Below are positions 1 to 10,608 of a stretch of 64,000 nucleotides of DNA, piece by piece. A program made the translations under genes and the position numbers. The notes below the pieces were generated by a model. The model ran no database searches, was not told the origin of the DNA, and saw nothing but the letters and a program-made list of their open reading frames with translations. Every line of letters begins with the position of its first letter. The stretch's first letter is position 1. The DNA comes from Candidatus Fraserbacteria bacterium (GTDB lineage: Bacteria > Bipolaricaulota > Bipolaricaulia > RBG-16-55-9). Location of the stretch: positions 33,814-97,813 of the forward strand of contig JBBIPG010000001.1 in assembly GCA_037442925.1 (NCBI GenBank). Direction: 5' to 3'.

Positions 1-675
1 AGACTCCTGTGCGCGGCGGATCAGCTCGAGCAGGCGTTGACGCGGTTGGTCACTCGGAGAGAAATACACCTCCAGGGCGATGCCATCCACTGTGAAACGC
101 TCGTCGTTTGTATCCCGTTTGGAGGAGCCGTAGCGGCCGGCAGAGTACATCTCTTCAAATTCGGCCTCGTAGGCTCGCGCCACGGCCTGACTCTGGATCA
201 CCACCGAGTTATTCGCATCGAAGTAGAAGCCCGATTCCGTCCAGTTGGTGGAACCCGTCCAGACGGTGCGTTGATCGACGACCATGAATTTGTGGTGCAT
301 CAGGCGCTCATTCTCATCGAGTTTGAGTTGGACACAGCTGGCAAGTCTTGGAGGGCGGGATTGCCCGGCTTCGAGAACGAGGCGGATCGTCACGCGGCGA
401 GTGCAGGCACGCTCAAGAGCGTCCAGAAGAGCGTGCATCGTCAGATGATACATCGCGATGTCCAGCGACGAGTCGGCGGAATCGATGAGATCGATGAGAA
501 CTTGATCGAGGCCGTTGGCTTGAGTGGACAGATGAGTCATGTCTGGAAGTCCTGCAAGTGGATTATTGAAGTAAACGATGATGCTTTCTGACGCGGACTG
601 CGCGGCCTGGCGAGAGGCTGTGGCTCCGCACCCTGTAAGTCCGATGAGGAGAAGCAGAATCCAAAGTTTTCGCAT
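1..675 (-). CDS. Phospholipase D/nuclease-family lipoprotein (3' end runs off window)
   Basis: Not in the ORF track. Manual translation from ATG 675: MRKLWILLLLIGLTGC (lipobox LTGC), HKD motif MHHKFMVVD...WTGSTNW, then VYFSP starting a second PLD domain. Frame open to base 1. Confidence 0.9.
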   Translation of the reverse strand, partial: MRKLWILLLLIGLTGCGATASRQAAQSASESIIVYFNNPLAGLPDMTHLSTQANGLDQVLIDLIDSADSSLDIAMYHLTMHALLDALERACTRRVTIRLVLEAGQSRPPRLASCVQLKLDENERLMHHKFMVVDQRTVWTGSTNWTESGFYFDANNSVVIQSQAVARAYEAEFEEMYSAGRYGSSKRDTNDERFTVDGIALEVYFSPSDQPRQRLLELIRRAQES

Positions 676-781
676 GGCTTTTCAATTATAGCTCTGTCGT
701 CCAACTCGAAGTCAAGGCGCTAAGACGTTTGAATTGCTCGGAACACAATACTATACTCAAGGCGTACGAAGGGGGCGTTTG

Positions 782-1657
782 ATGAGCATTCTCATCGACG
801 AACATACACGAGTGTTGGTGCAGGGAATCACGGGGAAAGAAGGGTCTTTTCACACCCAGCGCATGGTCGAATACGGCACGAAAGTCGTCGCCGGCGTCAC
901 CCCCGGCAAGGGGGGCAGCTCGTTTGACGGAATCCCCATTTACAACAGCGTCGCGGAAGCCATGGGAAGACACGGGATCGATGCGGCGGCCATCTTCGTC
1001 CCGGCGCGCTTTGCGAGCGATGCCATCATCGAAGAGGTGGATGCCGGTATCCCGCTCATCGTGTGCATCACCGAAGGCATTCCCCTGCACCAGATGCTCA
1101 GAACCTATGAGATTGTGAGAATCCGCGGTGCCCGCCTCATTGGACCGAATTGCCCCGGTCTCCTCTCGGCGGGCAAATCCAAGATTGGAATCATCCCGGG
1201 GCAGATCTTCACGAAAGGACCCGTCGGCGTCGTATCACGCAGTGGCACGCTGACGTACGAGATCGTTGATCAGCTCACAAGAGCAGGCATAGGGCAGACG
1301 ACAGCTGTGGGCATCGGCGGTGATCCTGTGATTGGCAGCTCCTTCATCGATATGTTGGAGCTCTTCGAGAAAGACCCAGAAACGGAGCTGGTCGTGCTCG
1401 TGGGCGAGATCGGTGGCAGCGACGAGGAACAGGCAGCAGAATTCATCTGGGGTCAAATGAGCAAGCCCGTTGTCGCATATATCGCAGGATTCGCGGCCCC
1501 GGCGGGTAAGCGCATGGGACATGCCGGAGCGATCATCACGGGCTCCTTGGGAACGGCAGAAGCGAAGGCGAAGGCCCTGGAAGCCAAGGGCATTCCGGTA
1601 GCACGCACCCCTGGTCAGATCGTCGAACTGGTGAAACAGAAGCTGCACAAAACATAG
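782..1657 (+). CDS. sucD: Succinyl-CoA ligase alpha subunit
   Basis: [39 protein letters not shown], phospho-His motif RMGHAGA. Start set at ATG 782 after a G-rich SD. Confidence 0.96.
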   Translation: MSILIDEHTRVLVQGITGKEGSFHTQRMVEYGTKVVAGVTPGKGGSSFDGIPIYNSVAEAMGRHGIDAAAIFVPARFASDAIIEEVDAGIPLIVCITEGIPLHQMLRTYEIVRIRGARLIGPNCPGLLSAGKSKIGIIPGQIFTKGPVGVVSRSGTLTYEIVDQLTRAGIGQTTAVGIGGDPVIGSSFIDMLELFEKDPETELVVLVGEIGGSDEEQAAEFIWGQMSKPVVAYIAGFAAPAGKRMGHAGAIITGSLGTAEAKAKALEAKGIPVARTPGQIVELVKQKLHKT

Positions 1658-1660
1658 AAC

Positions 1661-2746
1661 ATGGGCTTTACGTGTGGGCTGGTCGGACTTCCCAATGCCG
1701 GAAAGTCGACGCTGTTTAACGCCCTCACGTCCGCCGGCGCCAAAGTCGCGAGTTTCCCCTTTAGTACCATGGAACCGCAAGTGGGCATCGTTCCTGTTCC
1801 GGATGAGCAGTTGGAGCGTCTGGCGAAACTGTTTCCGGAGAAGCGCAAAGTCCCTACAACGCTTGAGTTCATCGATATTGCAGGTCTTGTAAAGGGAGCC
1901 CATCGAGGCGAGGGTCTGGGCAATCAGTTTCTAGCGGAGATCCGCAACGTGGATGTGATGGTGCATGTGGTGCGATGCTTTGAGGACCCCAACGTCGTCC
2001 ATCCGGAGGGCACTCTCGATCCGAGGCGCGACATCGAACTCGTGGAGACAGAGCTTTTGTTGAAAGACCTTGAGACGTTGGAGAAAAAACTAAAAACTGT
2101 CGAATCCCAGGCGCGCGTGGGTGACAAGACCGCTCGCGCAGAGATCCCCTTTTATCAGAGACTCATAGACGCGGTGGGGCGTGGCCAGGCCCTTCGGCAA
2201 TTGGAGCTTCACCCCGAAGAGAAAGTGAAACTCAAAGAGATCAGCCCACTCACGCTCAAGCCGGTTCTCTATGCCGCCAATGTGGGAGAAGAGCGAAAGT
2301 ATATCGAAGTCGTCGAGAAAGTGGCTGCTGAACGAGGTGGAGCTGCAGTTGTCATCTTTGGGAAGCTCGAAATGGAGGTGGGTGAGACAACGGAAGTCCC
2401 AACGGAGCGCGAGGCGTATCTGAAAGAGTGGGGTATTGGTGAATCGGGGCTGAAAAAGCTCGTACGCGCCGGGTATAAGCTTCTTCACTTGGTGACATTC
2501 TACACGGTGGATGGCCCAGAAGTGCGCGCGTGGACGGTGCCACAAGGAATGGGGGCGCGGCAGGCCGCAGGAAAGATCCACAGCGACTTTGAGAAGCATT
2601 TCATCCACGCGGATGTGGTGCGCGTGGACGATCTCGTACAGCACGGTTCTCTGGCAAAGCTTCGTGAGCTGGGAAAATTCCATCGGCAGGGTGAAAAATA
2701 CCCGGTTCAGGATGGTGACGTGATCCACTTCGTCGTGGCTGGATGA
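1661..2746 (+). CDS. ychF: Obg-family ATPase YchF
   Basis: GLPNAGKST, DIAGLVKGA..GEGLGNQFL, AGKIHSDF, C-terminal VQDGDVIHF. Confidence 0.96.
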   Translation: MGFTCGLVGLPNAGKSTLFNALTSAGAKVASFPFSTMEPQVGIVPVPDEQLERLAKLFPEKRKVPTTLEFIDIAGLVKGAHRGEGLGNQFLAEIRNVDVMVHVVRCFEDPNVVHPEGTLDPRRDIELVETELLLKDLETLEKKLKTVESQARVGDKTARAEIPFYQRLIDAVGRGQALRQLELHPEEKVKLKEISPLTLKPVLYAANVGEERKYIEVVEKVAAERGGAAVVIFGKLEMEVGETTEVPTEREAYLKEWGIGESGLKKLVRAGYKLLHLVTFYTVDGPEVRAWTVPQGMGARQAAGKIHSDFEKHFIHADVVRVDDLVQHGSLAKLRELGKFHRQGEKYPVQDGDVIHFVVAG

Positions 2747-2752
2747 TCTTCC

Positions 2753-3394
2753 ATGTCAGCGGGCATTCTTCATCTGCGTGCCGAGCAGGGTCTTGCTGTA
2801 TCAGAACAAGAACAAGAACAGATACGCGAAGTCGTGCACGGCGGGAAGATTCTCATCTTCCCTACAGACACCATTTACGGGTTAGGGTGCGATGCCTTCA
2901 ATGACAGAGCCGTTGAGCGAGTTTATAGAATCAAAGGGCGCGCTCCGGAGCGACCGTTCTCTGTGCACGTGGCGAGCGTTTCGGTTATCGAGCAGTATGT
3001 AGCCCCACTTACGGGACGTCAGCGTGATTTGCTAGAAAGGCTTCTGCCCGGTCCCTACACAGTGGTGATGAGAGCTTCCCCTATGGCTCCACCCATGTGT
3101 GTAAGCCATGAAGGCAAGATCGGTCTACGAGTGCCCGCGAGTCGTTCCTTCCGGCTCGTGTATGAAGCTCCCGGACGTCCGCTCGTGGGCACGAGCGCCA
3201 ACCGCTCTGGCGAGCCGCCGCTACCTTCCATAGACGAGATCATCGAGCGATTCTCACATGCTGTGGACCTCATCGTTGCCACCGATGAGCCCATGACTCA
3301 AGTGAGTTCGAGTGTAATTGACATTACCGTCGATCCCCCACGGGTGTTGAGGGGAAGACTGCCCGAAGGCATTGTATGGCGGGAGGATCACTGA
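2753..3394 (+). CDS. tsaC: L-threonylcarbamoyladenylate synthase (YrdC/TsaC, no Sua5 domain)
   Basis: PTDTIYGLGC, KGR, PGPYT, GLRVP, TSANRSG. Confidence 0.9.
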   Translation: MSAGILHLRAEQGLAVSEQEQEQIREVVHGGKILIFPTDTIYGLGCDAFNDRAVERVYRIKGRAPERPFSVHVASVSVIEQYVAPLTGRQRDLLERLLPGPYTVVMRASPMAPPMCVSHEGKIGLRVPASRSFRLVYEAPGRPLVGTSANRSGEPPLPSIDEIIERFSHAVDLIVATDEPMTQVSSSVIDITVDPPRVLRGRLPEGIVWREDH

Positions 3395-4647
3395 TGGAGC
3401 TAGCGGCACTTGTGATCTTTCTCATCACGTACATCATCATCGCTATTCAGAAGCTGCCTTTTATTCACATCAGTCGAGCCGCGGGTGCGTTGGTCGGTGC
3501 TGTGGCCATGTGCCTCTTTGGGGTGCTCACTCCGGAGCAGGCTTATGCGGCGATTGACCTGGACACACTCGTATTCCTTTTGGGGATGATGATCCTGGTA
3601 GCACATCTCGAGATCGCCGGTTTCTTTGAAGTTCTCGAACTATGGATTCTGCGTCGGGCGCGCAGTCGCCGGGGGTTGCTGGGCCTGGTCGTGGCTTCCA
3701 GTGGCCTGCTTTCGTCTCTTTTCATGAACGACACGATTAGCTTGATGTTCACGCCCGTTCTACTGCGTCTCACGCAACGGTTCCAGCTGAATCCACTGCC
3801 GTATCTTTTGGGGTTAGTGATGGCAGCCAATGCGGGTAGCGTCGCCACACTCATCGGGAATCCCCAACACATGCTGATCAGCCTACGGGGTCAGCTGGGG
3901 TTCCTGGAGTTTACCGCTGCCTTGGGACCGGTGGCTCTGGTGAATCTTGTCATCATCTTCGCTGGGCTCTGCCTCCTCTTTCGGCGTGAACTTGGGGGAC
4001 CCATCTCCTTGTGGGAGGAAGGTCTTCCAGAGTATCACGACCTTGTGCGGCAGCGTGGGCTTCTGTTCGTAGGGCTCGTCGTGATGGGGCTCTTTCTCGC
4101 GTTGCTCCTGGCAGGAACTCCTCCCCAGTGGGCGGCCATCCTCTGCGCCGCTCTGCTTCTTGTGTTGAGCAGCAACCGTCCCCGCCGGGCCCTTCAGCAG
4201 GTGGATTGGACCCTCTTGCTGCTCTTTGCTGGGCTTTTCATTGTCATGCGCGGTCTGGAGGAGGTGAACTGGGTTGAGAAGCTTATGGCGTGGGTTCAGC
4301 CTTGGTTTTCTGCGGAGAGTTCTGGATTCGGCTCACTGATGCCGCTCGCAGGGATTACCGTCTTAGCCAGCAATCTTGTGAGTAACGTGCCTGCTGTGCT
4401 GCTTTTGGCGCCGCTTCTAGAGCATACCGGGGTTGGCTCAGATTCCTGGCTGACTCTCGCGATGTCCTCGACTCTCGCGGGCAACCTCACGATCATTGGC
4501 TCGGCAGCGAACTTGATCGTCCTGGAGATCGCTGCAACTCGCGGTGTTCATATCGGCTTCTGGAGCTATTTCCGCGTGGGACTGCCTCTGACACTGCTTA
4601 CTGTTGTCATCGGTGCTCTCTGGCTGATGTTTCGTGCTCTACTATAG
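3394..4647 (+). CDS. ArsB/NhaD-type (IT superfamily) anion transporter
   Basis: Many TM helices with FMNDT, IGNPQ, SNLVSNVPA, AGNLTIIGSAAN. ATG overlaps the upstream TGA. Confidence 0.85.
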   Translation: MELAALVIFLITYIIIAIQKLPFIHISRAAGALVGAVAMCLFGVLTPEQAYAAIDLDTLVFLLGMMILVAHLEIAGFFEVLELWILRRARSRRGLLGLVVASSGLLSSLFMNDTISLMFTPVLLRLTQRFQLNPLPYLLGLVMAANAGSVATLIGNPQHMLISLRGQLGFLEFTAALGPVALVNLVIIFAGLCLLFRRELGGPISLWEEGLPEYHDLVRQRGLLFVGLVVMGLFLALLLAGTPPQWAAILCAALLLVLSSNRPRRALQQVDWTLLLLFAGLFIVMRGLEEVNWVEKLMAWVQPWFSAESSGFGSLMPLAGITVLASNLVSNVPAVLLLAPLLEHTGVGSDSWLTLAMSSTLAGNLTIIGSAANLIVLEIAATRGVHIGFWSYFRVGLPLTLLTVVIGALWLMFRALL

Positions 4648-4669
4648 AAATCAGGCTTTGCAGGGCAAC

Positions 4670-5833
4670 TCATATGGATCGGGGATAGCGTTTGTAGCGG
4701 GCTTCGATCTCCGCAATCGAGTCGCCACCCAGCTTCTCGAGAAAGGCATCTGCGAGCGTGAGCGCAAGAACGTTCTCGGCGATCACGGAGGCGGCGGGCA
4801 CGGCACAGACATCCGAACGTTCTATGTGCGCCTCCTGCCGCTCTTTGCTGATGATATCAACAGAGTCGAGGGGACGGCTCAAGGTAGAGAGTGGCTTCAT
4901 GGCCACTCTGATAATAATGGGCTCCCCTGTGCTGATGCCCCCTTCTATGCCGCCCGCCCGCGAGGTCTTGCGATAGAAGCCGGCCTCTCGTTCGTAGTAG
5001 ATCGCATCGTGAGCTTCTGAGCCCCACGTGGAGGCCACCTCGAAGCTGAGTCCCACGCCCACGGCTTTGATGGCTTGAATGCTCATCATGGCTTGAGCGA
5101 TTTGGGCATCAAGTTTGCGATCCCAGTGGACGTGGCTGCCCAAGCCGGGAGGCGCACCCCGTGCGATCACTTCGAAGGCCCCGCCGACGGTGTTCTTGTC
5201 GGCCATGGCTTGTTGAATGCGGGCGATCATGGCTTTCTCCGCGCTGGGATCGAGGCAACGAACGGGTGAGGCATCGGCTTTCTCGTTCAGCATGTCTAGA
5301 TCGTCATATTGGCTGTGGCTGACATCGCTCTGCGCGTTGTGGATCTGTGTGACGTGACTGGCAATTGTGATGTTGAAGTGTTCTAGGAGCTGGCGCGCGA
5401 TGGCACCGAGGGCCACGCGCATGGCCGTCTCACGCGCGCTGGCTCGCTCAAGAACATTGCGAATGTCTCGGTGCTGATATTTGATGGCACCGGCCAGATC
5501 TGCATGGCCCGGACGGGGCACAGTCACGGGTTTATAATCTGGAGGCTCCTGCCAAGGGTCCATTCGCTCTTTCCAGTTCTCCCAATCGCGATTCCAGATC
5601 ACAAGGGCAATGGGACTCCCGAGCGTTCTGCCAAAGCGAATTCCCGCAAGAACTTCGACTTGATCGTTCTCGATGAGCATGCGCCCGCCGCGGCCATAAC
5701 CCTGCTGCCGACGGCAAAGTTGTTTGTTGATGGCTTCTCGATTGATAGGAAGGCCTGCGGGCATTCCCTCGAGGATACCCACAAGCGCCCGTCCGTGAGA
5801 TTCGCCGGCTGTCAGATATCGCAATCGGTGCAT
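4670..5833 (-). CDS. aroC: Chorismate synthase
   Basis: TAGESHG, RPGHAD, ERASARET, AGGIEGGIS, ERSDVCAVP. Confidence 0.97.
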   Translation of the reverse strand: MHRLRYLTAGESHGRALVGILEGMPAGLPINREAINKQLCRRQQGYGRGGRMLIENDQVEVLAGIRFGRTLGSPIALVIWNRDWENWKERMDPWQEPPDYKPVTVPRPGHADLAGAIKYQHRDIRNVLERASARETAMRVALGAIARQLLEHFNITIASHVTQIHNAQSDVSHSQYDDLDMLNEKADASPVRCLDPSAEKAMIARIQQAMADKNTVGGAFEVIARGAPPGLGSHVHWDRKLDAQIAQAMMSIQAIKAVGVGLSFEVASTWGSEAHDAIYYEREAGFYRKTSRAGGIEGGISTGEPIIIRVAMKPLSTLSRPLDSVDIISKERQEAHIERSDVCAVPAASVIAENVLALTLADAFLEKLGGDSIAEIEARYKRYPRSI

Positions 5834-5841
5834 GGCCTTCC

Positions 5842-5871
5842 ACTATGGACGAGAGCAGTAGAGCTTGTCAA
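5842..5871 (-). promoter_or_regulatory. Sigma70-type promoter of aroC
   Basis: TTGACA (5871-5866), 18 nt, CATAGT (5847-5842); 8 nt before the ATG, no SD. Confidence 0.55.
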
Positions 5872-5874
5872 CTG

Positions 5875-5935
5875 AAAAGAGAAGGGTGACAGGGGCTCAT
5901 CTCGTTTGTCATGTGAGATGACTCTGTCACCCTCC
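5875..5935 (-). terminator. Probable intrinsic terminator
   Basis: Minus strand AGGGTGACAG/CTGTCACCCT and TCATCTC/GAGATGA stems followed by TCTCTTTTC, downstream of 5968..6819. Confidence 0.6.
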
Positions 5936-5967
5936 GTGTCCATCGGGATGGGTCACATTAAAGCAGC

Positions 5968-6819
5968 TCATGGCGAAACACGAATGTCCATGTCTTGTTC
6001 CACTTGGATCTGGATCCACGCAAGACCGTTGCGCTGGTCATAGCTTACTCCCAGCACCATCCCGGCATAGGGCGCACGAAGATAGAGCTTCTGCATGGCG
6101 TCTGTAAGAGCTGCCAGTCGCTCTTCGAACTGTCGCTCACCGAAGAAGAGAGCGTTCAACTTGCCCGTGAACGAAGCTCGTTCTAGTTGCAAGTCGTTGA
6201 TCTGCTTCTGGATCTGCGCTAGAGTTGCAGGATCTTTCACGCAAAGCGGTTCGTCTTGCGCCACGAGCTGGTAGGGCTGAACCAGAGGCTCGCCTGCACA
6301 AGAGAGCTCTTTGAGCACGAGGTGCGAGTTGGGAACAGCTTGATTTCCACTGTCCTTCCACTCCCAATCGATGCGAGCTGCCTCCACACGCTGAGTGACC
6401 GGCCGGCCCAGCTGACGCACGATCCAGTAGGCCTCCCGGACCTCATGCAGGGGAGTTGCCCCACAAAGCTCGATTCGAAGTGCGGTGGCCATCTGTAGAG
6501 TTCGGGCGGCATAGCGAACCTGGAGCATGCCATCCTCCGCATCGTAGTCCAACTCCTCAATGCCTGGGTTAAAGCGCAGCATCGAAGGGTCCACAGAAGG
6601 CGCGATGCGTACTCGAAGCGCGCTGATCCGCGCGCGATCCTGTTCGTTCAACGTCAAGCGAAAGATCTTACTCGGTTGGATGCAAACTGCATTCACCGCA
6701 TCCTCACTCCCGCCCACTCGCGAAGGGAAGTTCGCCGTCTGCGAAGCTCCCAAGATGAGCAGCACTCCTAAAGGCACCGCTATGACCAAGAGCTTCAACG
6801 TTCCAAGCCGAGTCATCAT
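5968..6819 (-). CDS. Membrane-anchored hypothetical protein with C-terminal HlyD/MFP-like hairpin
   Basis: N-terminal hydrophobic segment; VQPYQLVAQDEPL, coiled coil, LRAPYAGMVLGV resembles a lipoyl-like half domain / hairpin / half domain arrangement. Confidence 0.6.
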   Translation of the reverse strand: MMTRLGTLKLLVIAVPLGVLLILGASQTANFPSRVGGSEDAVNAVCIQPSKIFRLTLNEQDRARISALRVRIAPSVDPSMLRFNPGIEELDYDAEDGMLQVRYAARTLQMATALRIELCGATPLHEVREAYWIVRQLGRPVTQRVEAARIDWEWKDSGNQAVPNSHLVLKELSCAGEPLVQPYQLVAQDEPLCVKDPATLAQIQKQINDLQLERASFTGKLNALFFGERQFEERLAALTDAMQKLYLRAPYAGMVLGVSYDQRNGLAWIQIQVEQDMDIRVSP

Positions 6820-6943
6820 CGTATGTCACCCCTTTCGATGGGTCGATCCATGTACATCTACTCTTTTGGCGTTACAGAGTTTCATTTGTTTCATGGCTCG
6901 TGTTTCTGTTTCGCTTCCTTGCGGGATGCTATAATGAGTTGCT

Positions 6944-8632
6944 ATGCACGTTGAGGGGATCACGCTGGCAGCGGTGGTCAACGAACTTCGCCAGAGCATC
7001 CAGGGCGGTTTCATCCAACAGATCTATCAACCACTTGCGGATCTTCTCGTTCTCAAGCTCTACACCAGAGAGAAGCATTCATTACTCATCGCGGCTTCTC
7101 AGGACGCGCGCCTGCATCTCACGGAGCAGAAGTACGAGAATCCGTCGGTGCCTTCGCCGTTCTGCATGTTGCTGCGCAAGCATCTAAAAGGTGGGAGGAT
7201 TGAGGAGATTCACCAGCCAAACTGGGAACGCATCGTGGATTTTAGTGTCGTCTGCCACCAGGGTGTCTACGTGCTGCGCGCGGAATTGATGGGATCTCAT
7301 AGCAACGTGATTCTTCTAAAAGACGACGCCGTCGTGGGAGCGCTCAAAGTCACGAGCGGCCAACGCAAACTCGTTCCTCATGCCCACTATGCGCCACCAT
7401 CGCCTCAAGACAAGCTGAATCTGCGTATGGCCACGAAAGAGGAACTATTTCAGGCTCTCCAGGCTCACGCAGACAAGAGTGTCAAGCAAGGTCTTCTGGG
7501 CACCATCGATGGCATTGGACCCCGCAGCGCGAGCGAGATCGTCTTGAGGGCCCGGCTACAGCCCGAAGAGACTATCGCCTCGCTGAGCAAAGAAGAGTTG
7601 GGTGCCCTCTGGGAAGTTATTGATGAATTCTTCTCCCGAATCGTTCGGGGCAACCTGGAGCCCTGCGTCTATCTCAAAGCGGGAGAACCCTTTGACTGCA
7701 CGCCGTTTCCCTTTGTGAGTTATTCCCGGCTCGAAGTGAGAAGATTCGAGAGCATGTCTCAGGCGTTGGACGCCTGCCATCGGGAACGCCATCAAGAGCC
7801 ATTCGAGCGACTCACTCGCGTCCTCGCGCAGCAGCTCAAGCACCGCCTCAACAAGACAGAGAAAGCTCTCAGCCAACTGATGAAGGATCTGGCAGATGCC
7901 GAGAGATTCCAAGAGTACAAAGAGCGTGGAGATCTTCTGATCACTCATCTTCGGCAGATTAAGAAAGGCCAGCGGCAGATCGAGGTGGAGGATCTTGCGA
8001 GGGGAGGCAAGCGGGTCATTTCGCTCGATCCGACCCTTGATCCGGCTGCCAATGCCCAGCGTTACTATGAACGCTACAAGAAGCTCAAGCGCGGAGTTGA
8101 AAAGCTCACGGAGCGACGGCACGAACTGGAAATGGAGATCAGCTATCTTCAGAACGTGGGAGTGCAACTGGAGCAGGCGGAGAATCTCGAGGAGTTAAGA
8201 GAGCTTCAAGCCGAGCTAGAACTGGAGGGTTCTCTATCTCGATCTAGTAAGAAAAGATCTCAACCGGTATCCTCAGGTCCTCGGCGCTACCCAATAGATG
8301 GTTTCTTGGTGCTGGTCGGACGGAATGGCCGCCAGAACGACGCGCTCATCCGGCAGGCGAATCGAGAAGAGTACTGGTTGCACGCCAAAGATCGTCCGGG
8401 AGCCCATGTCGTGATTATGAGCGATCAGCGCGGTGCTGTGCCTCCAGAACGGGTCTTGTTGCGCGCAGCTCAGTTGGCTGCGTATTATTCCCGTGGGCGC
8501 GGCTCCACGAAGGTGCCTGTCACATACACGCGAGTGAAATACTTGAGGAAACCGAAGGGGGCAAGACCGGGGCTGGTCACGGTTACTCGCGAAGAAGGCA
8601 CGCTCATCGTCTCCCCCAAGGAGGAGGAATGA
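6944..8632 (+). CDS. rqcH: NFACT-family ribosome quality control protein (RqcH/Rqc2/FbpA)
   Basis: PSPFCMLLRKHLKG, ELMGSHSNVIL, coiled coil with ANAQRYYERYKKLK, C-terminal VGRNGRQND..WLHA..GAHV. Confidence 0.92.
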   Translation: MHVEGITLAAVVNELRQSIQGGFIQQIYQPLADLLVLKLYTREKHSLLIAASQDARLHLTEQKYENPSVPSPFCMLLRKHLKGGRIEEIHQPNWERIVDFSVVCHQGVYVLRAELMGSHSNVILLKDDAVVGALKVTSGQRKLVPHAHYAPPSPQDKLNLRMATKEELFQALQAHADKSVKQGLLGTIDGIGPRSASEIVLRARLQPEETIASLSKEELGALWEVIDEFFSRIVRGNLEPCVYLKAGEPFDCTPFPFVSYSRLEVRRFESMSQALDACHRERHQEPFERLTRVLAQQLKHRLNKTEKALSQLMKDLADAERFQEYKERGDLLITHLRQIKKGQRQIEVEDLARGGKRVISLDPTLDPAANAQRYYERYKKLKRGVEKLTERRHELEMEISYLQNVGVQLEQAENLEELRELQAELELEGSLSRSSKKRSQPVSSGPRRYPIDGFLVLVGRNGRQNDALIRQANREEYWLHAKDRPGAHVVIMSDQRGAVPPERVLLRAAQLAAYYSRGRGSTKVPVTYTRVKYLRKPKGARPGLVTVTREEGTLIVSPKEEE

Positions 8633-9300
8633 ACCGCTTCCGCTCGACATTTGCTTTGGCCAGCGCCACTCAGTATATCGTCTTGGCCGTCATCATCGTC
8701 TATGCCATCCAGATCATCCAGCAGCCCAAGGGGGGCTCCGGGTTCTTTGACCTCTTCGACATTTCACGCATCACTCCATTTGAACTGACCTTTGGGTTGA
8801 TCACGCCTCCCGAGATCCCCGATGTCTTCTGGCAACTGGTTACGTACATGTTCTTGCATGGCAGCCTGTGGCACATACTGTTTAACATGTGGGCTCTTTG
8901 GTTGTTCGGCCATGCGCTCGAGGCGGTCTGGGGGATGCAGCGGTTTTTGGTCTATTACTTCTTTACGGGCATAGGGGCGGGGCTGACTGTGGTGGTGATC
9001 GCCCTCTGGACCGGCCAGCCCGGCATGAACATCACGATTGGTGCTTCAGGGGCGGTCTACGGGTTGCTGCTGGCATTTGGAATGCTCTTCCCCAATCAGG
9101 CATTATACTTGTTCTTCATCCCGGTCCCGATCCCAGCCAAGTACGCGGTGCTCCTCTTGGGCGGGTTCGCCTTTGTGGCCTCGATCACCGGCATCCAGCC
9201 TGGCATAAGCAACATCGGGCATCTGGGTGGATTGCTGTTCGGATTCATCTACCTCAAAGGCCGCCGTTGGTGGGTCAGGCTTCGCGATCTTGAACGCTGA
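8629..9300 (+). CDS. Rhomboid intramembrane serine protease
   Basis: TYMFLHGSLWHILFNM, GASG catalytic Ser, GHLGG catalytic His. Confidence 0.93.
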   Translation: MNRFRSTFALASATQYIVLAVIIVYAIQIIQQPKGGSGFFDLFDISRITPFELTFGLITPPEIPDVFWQLVTYMFLHGSLWHILFNMWALWLFGHALEAVWGMQRFLVYYFFTGIGAGLTVVVIALWTGQPGMNITIGASGAVYGLLLAFGMLFPNQALYLFFIPVPIPAKYAVLLLGGFAFVASITGIQPGISNIGHLGGLLFGFIYLKGRRWWVRLRDLER

Positions 9301-9363
9301 GCGGGAGGATTTGAGAAGGCAAGAGCCGCCTGATACAATGTCTTGAAAGCGAGGTCGAGCGGA

Positions 9364-9588
9364 ATGCGAACGTTTCTTCTGGTGCTCTTTGTGCTGGATG
9401 CGCTGGTGCTGATCGGCTTGATTCTCATGCAGATGAGCCGACACGCCGGCTTGGGCGGAGCCTTCGGAGGAGGAGGAAGCCACACGGTATTCGGACGCGA
9501 AGAGCAGAGCGATCCCAAGCGCACCGCCACAGCTTGGTTGGCAGCTCTCTTTATGGTCTTGGGACTGGCTCTCTCTTTGGTGTCGTAA
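9364..9588 (+). CDS. secG: Preprotein translocase subunit SecG
   Basis: Two TM helices around LMQ..GLGGAFGGGGS.TVFG. Confidence 0.88.
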   Translation: MRTFLLVLFVLDALVLIGLILMQMSRHAGLGGAFGGGGSHTVFGREEQSDPKRTATAWLAALFMVLGLALSLVS

Positions 9589-9600
9589 GTGGGGGCATCC

Positions 9601-10584
9601 ATGGCCGCTGATACGCTCATCGAGGTACGAGACCTAAAGACGTACTTTTACACCGAAGATGGCGTCGTACGCGCAGTAGATGGCGTTTCGTTCTCCCTGG
9701 AACGCCAGGGTACTATAGGAGTCGTGGGGGAGTCGGGTTGCGGTAAAAGCCAGACGGCGCTTTCCATTATGGGACTTGTGCCCATGCCTCCGGGCAAGAT
9801 CGTCGGAGGCCAGATCATCTACCACCGCAACGGAACCCCCACGGATCTCACCAAGCTCGATGCCAAGGGCCGCGAGTATCGCTCGATCCGCGGCAACGAG
9901 ATCGCCATGATCTTCCAGGAGCCGATGACCTCGCTCAACCCGGTCTACACCATCGGCAACCAGATCATGGAGGCGATCATGCTCCACCAGAAGAAGACCA
10001 AGCGGGACGCTCGAGAACTGGCCATCGCCATGCTCCGCCAAGTGGGGATTCCCCTGCCGGAGCAGCGCGTGGATGAGTATCCTCACCAACTCTCCGGTGG
10101 CATGCGACAGCGTGCCATGATCGCCATGGCGCTTTCTTGCAATCCCAATCTGCTCATCGCCGATGAGCCCACGACAGCTCTGGATGTGACCATTCAGGCC
10201 CAGATTCTCGAGCTCATCAAGACGCTGCAAGATCAGTATCACATGTCGCTCATGATGATCACCCACAACTTAGGGGTGATCGCGGAAACGGCCGACGATG
10301 TGGTCGTCATGTACATGGGAAAGGTCGTCGAGCACGCTCCTGTAGATGCAGTCTTCCACAATCCAAAGCACCCCTACACCCAGGGGTTGATGGAGTCCAT
10401 TCCGGCGCTCACGAAGAAGAAGGAGCGGCTCAAGCCCATCAAAGGGGTGGTGCCCGATCCCTACAACATACCCAAGGGGTGCCCCTTCCAGACCAGGTGT
10501 CCATACGTGATGGAGACCTGCAAGGAGATGCCTCCGTTGGAGGAGGTGGAGCCGGGTCACAAAGTCGCCTGCTGGCTATATTAG
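9601..10584 (+). CDS. Oligopeptide/dipeptide ABC transporter ATPase (OppD/DppD-type)
   Basis: [29 protein letters not shown] and Cys-rich tail. Confidence 0.93.
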   Translation: MAADTLIEVRDLKTYFYTEDGVVRAVDGVSFSLERQGTIGVVGESGCGKSQTALSIMGLVPMPPGKIVGGQIIYHRNGTPTDLTKLDAKGREYRSIRGNEIAMIFQEPMTSLNPVYTIGNQIMEAIMLHQKKTKRDARELAIAMLRQVGIPLPEQRVDEYPHQLSGGMRQRAMIAMALSCNPNLLIADEPTTALDVTIQAQILELIKTLQDQYHMSLMMITHNLGVIAETADDVVVMYMGKVVEHAPVDAVFHNPKHPYTQGLMESIPALTKKKERLKPIKGVVPDPYNIPKGCPFQTRCPYVMETCKEMPPLEEVEPGHKVACWLY

Positions 10585-10608
10585 TGAGTACTGTGCGTGA
10601 AGGAGTGA

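Noticed and set aside
37..591. 184-aa + strand ORF
   Set aside because: Antisense shadow of the PLD-family gene; no motifs of its own.
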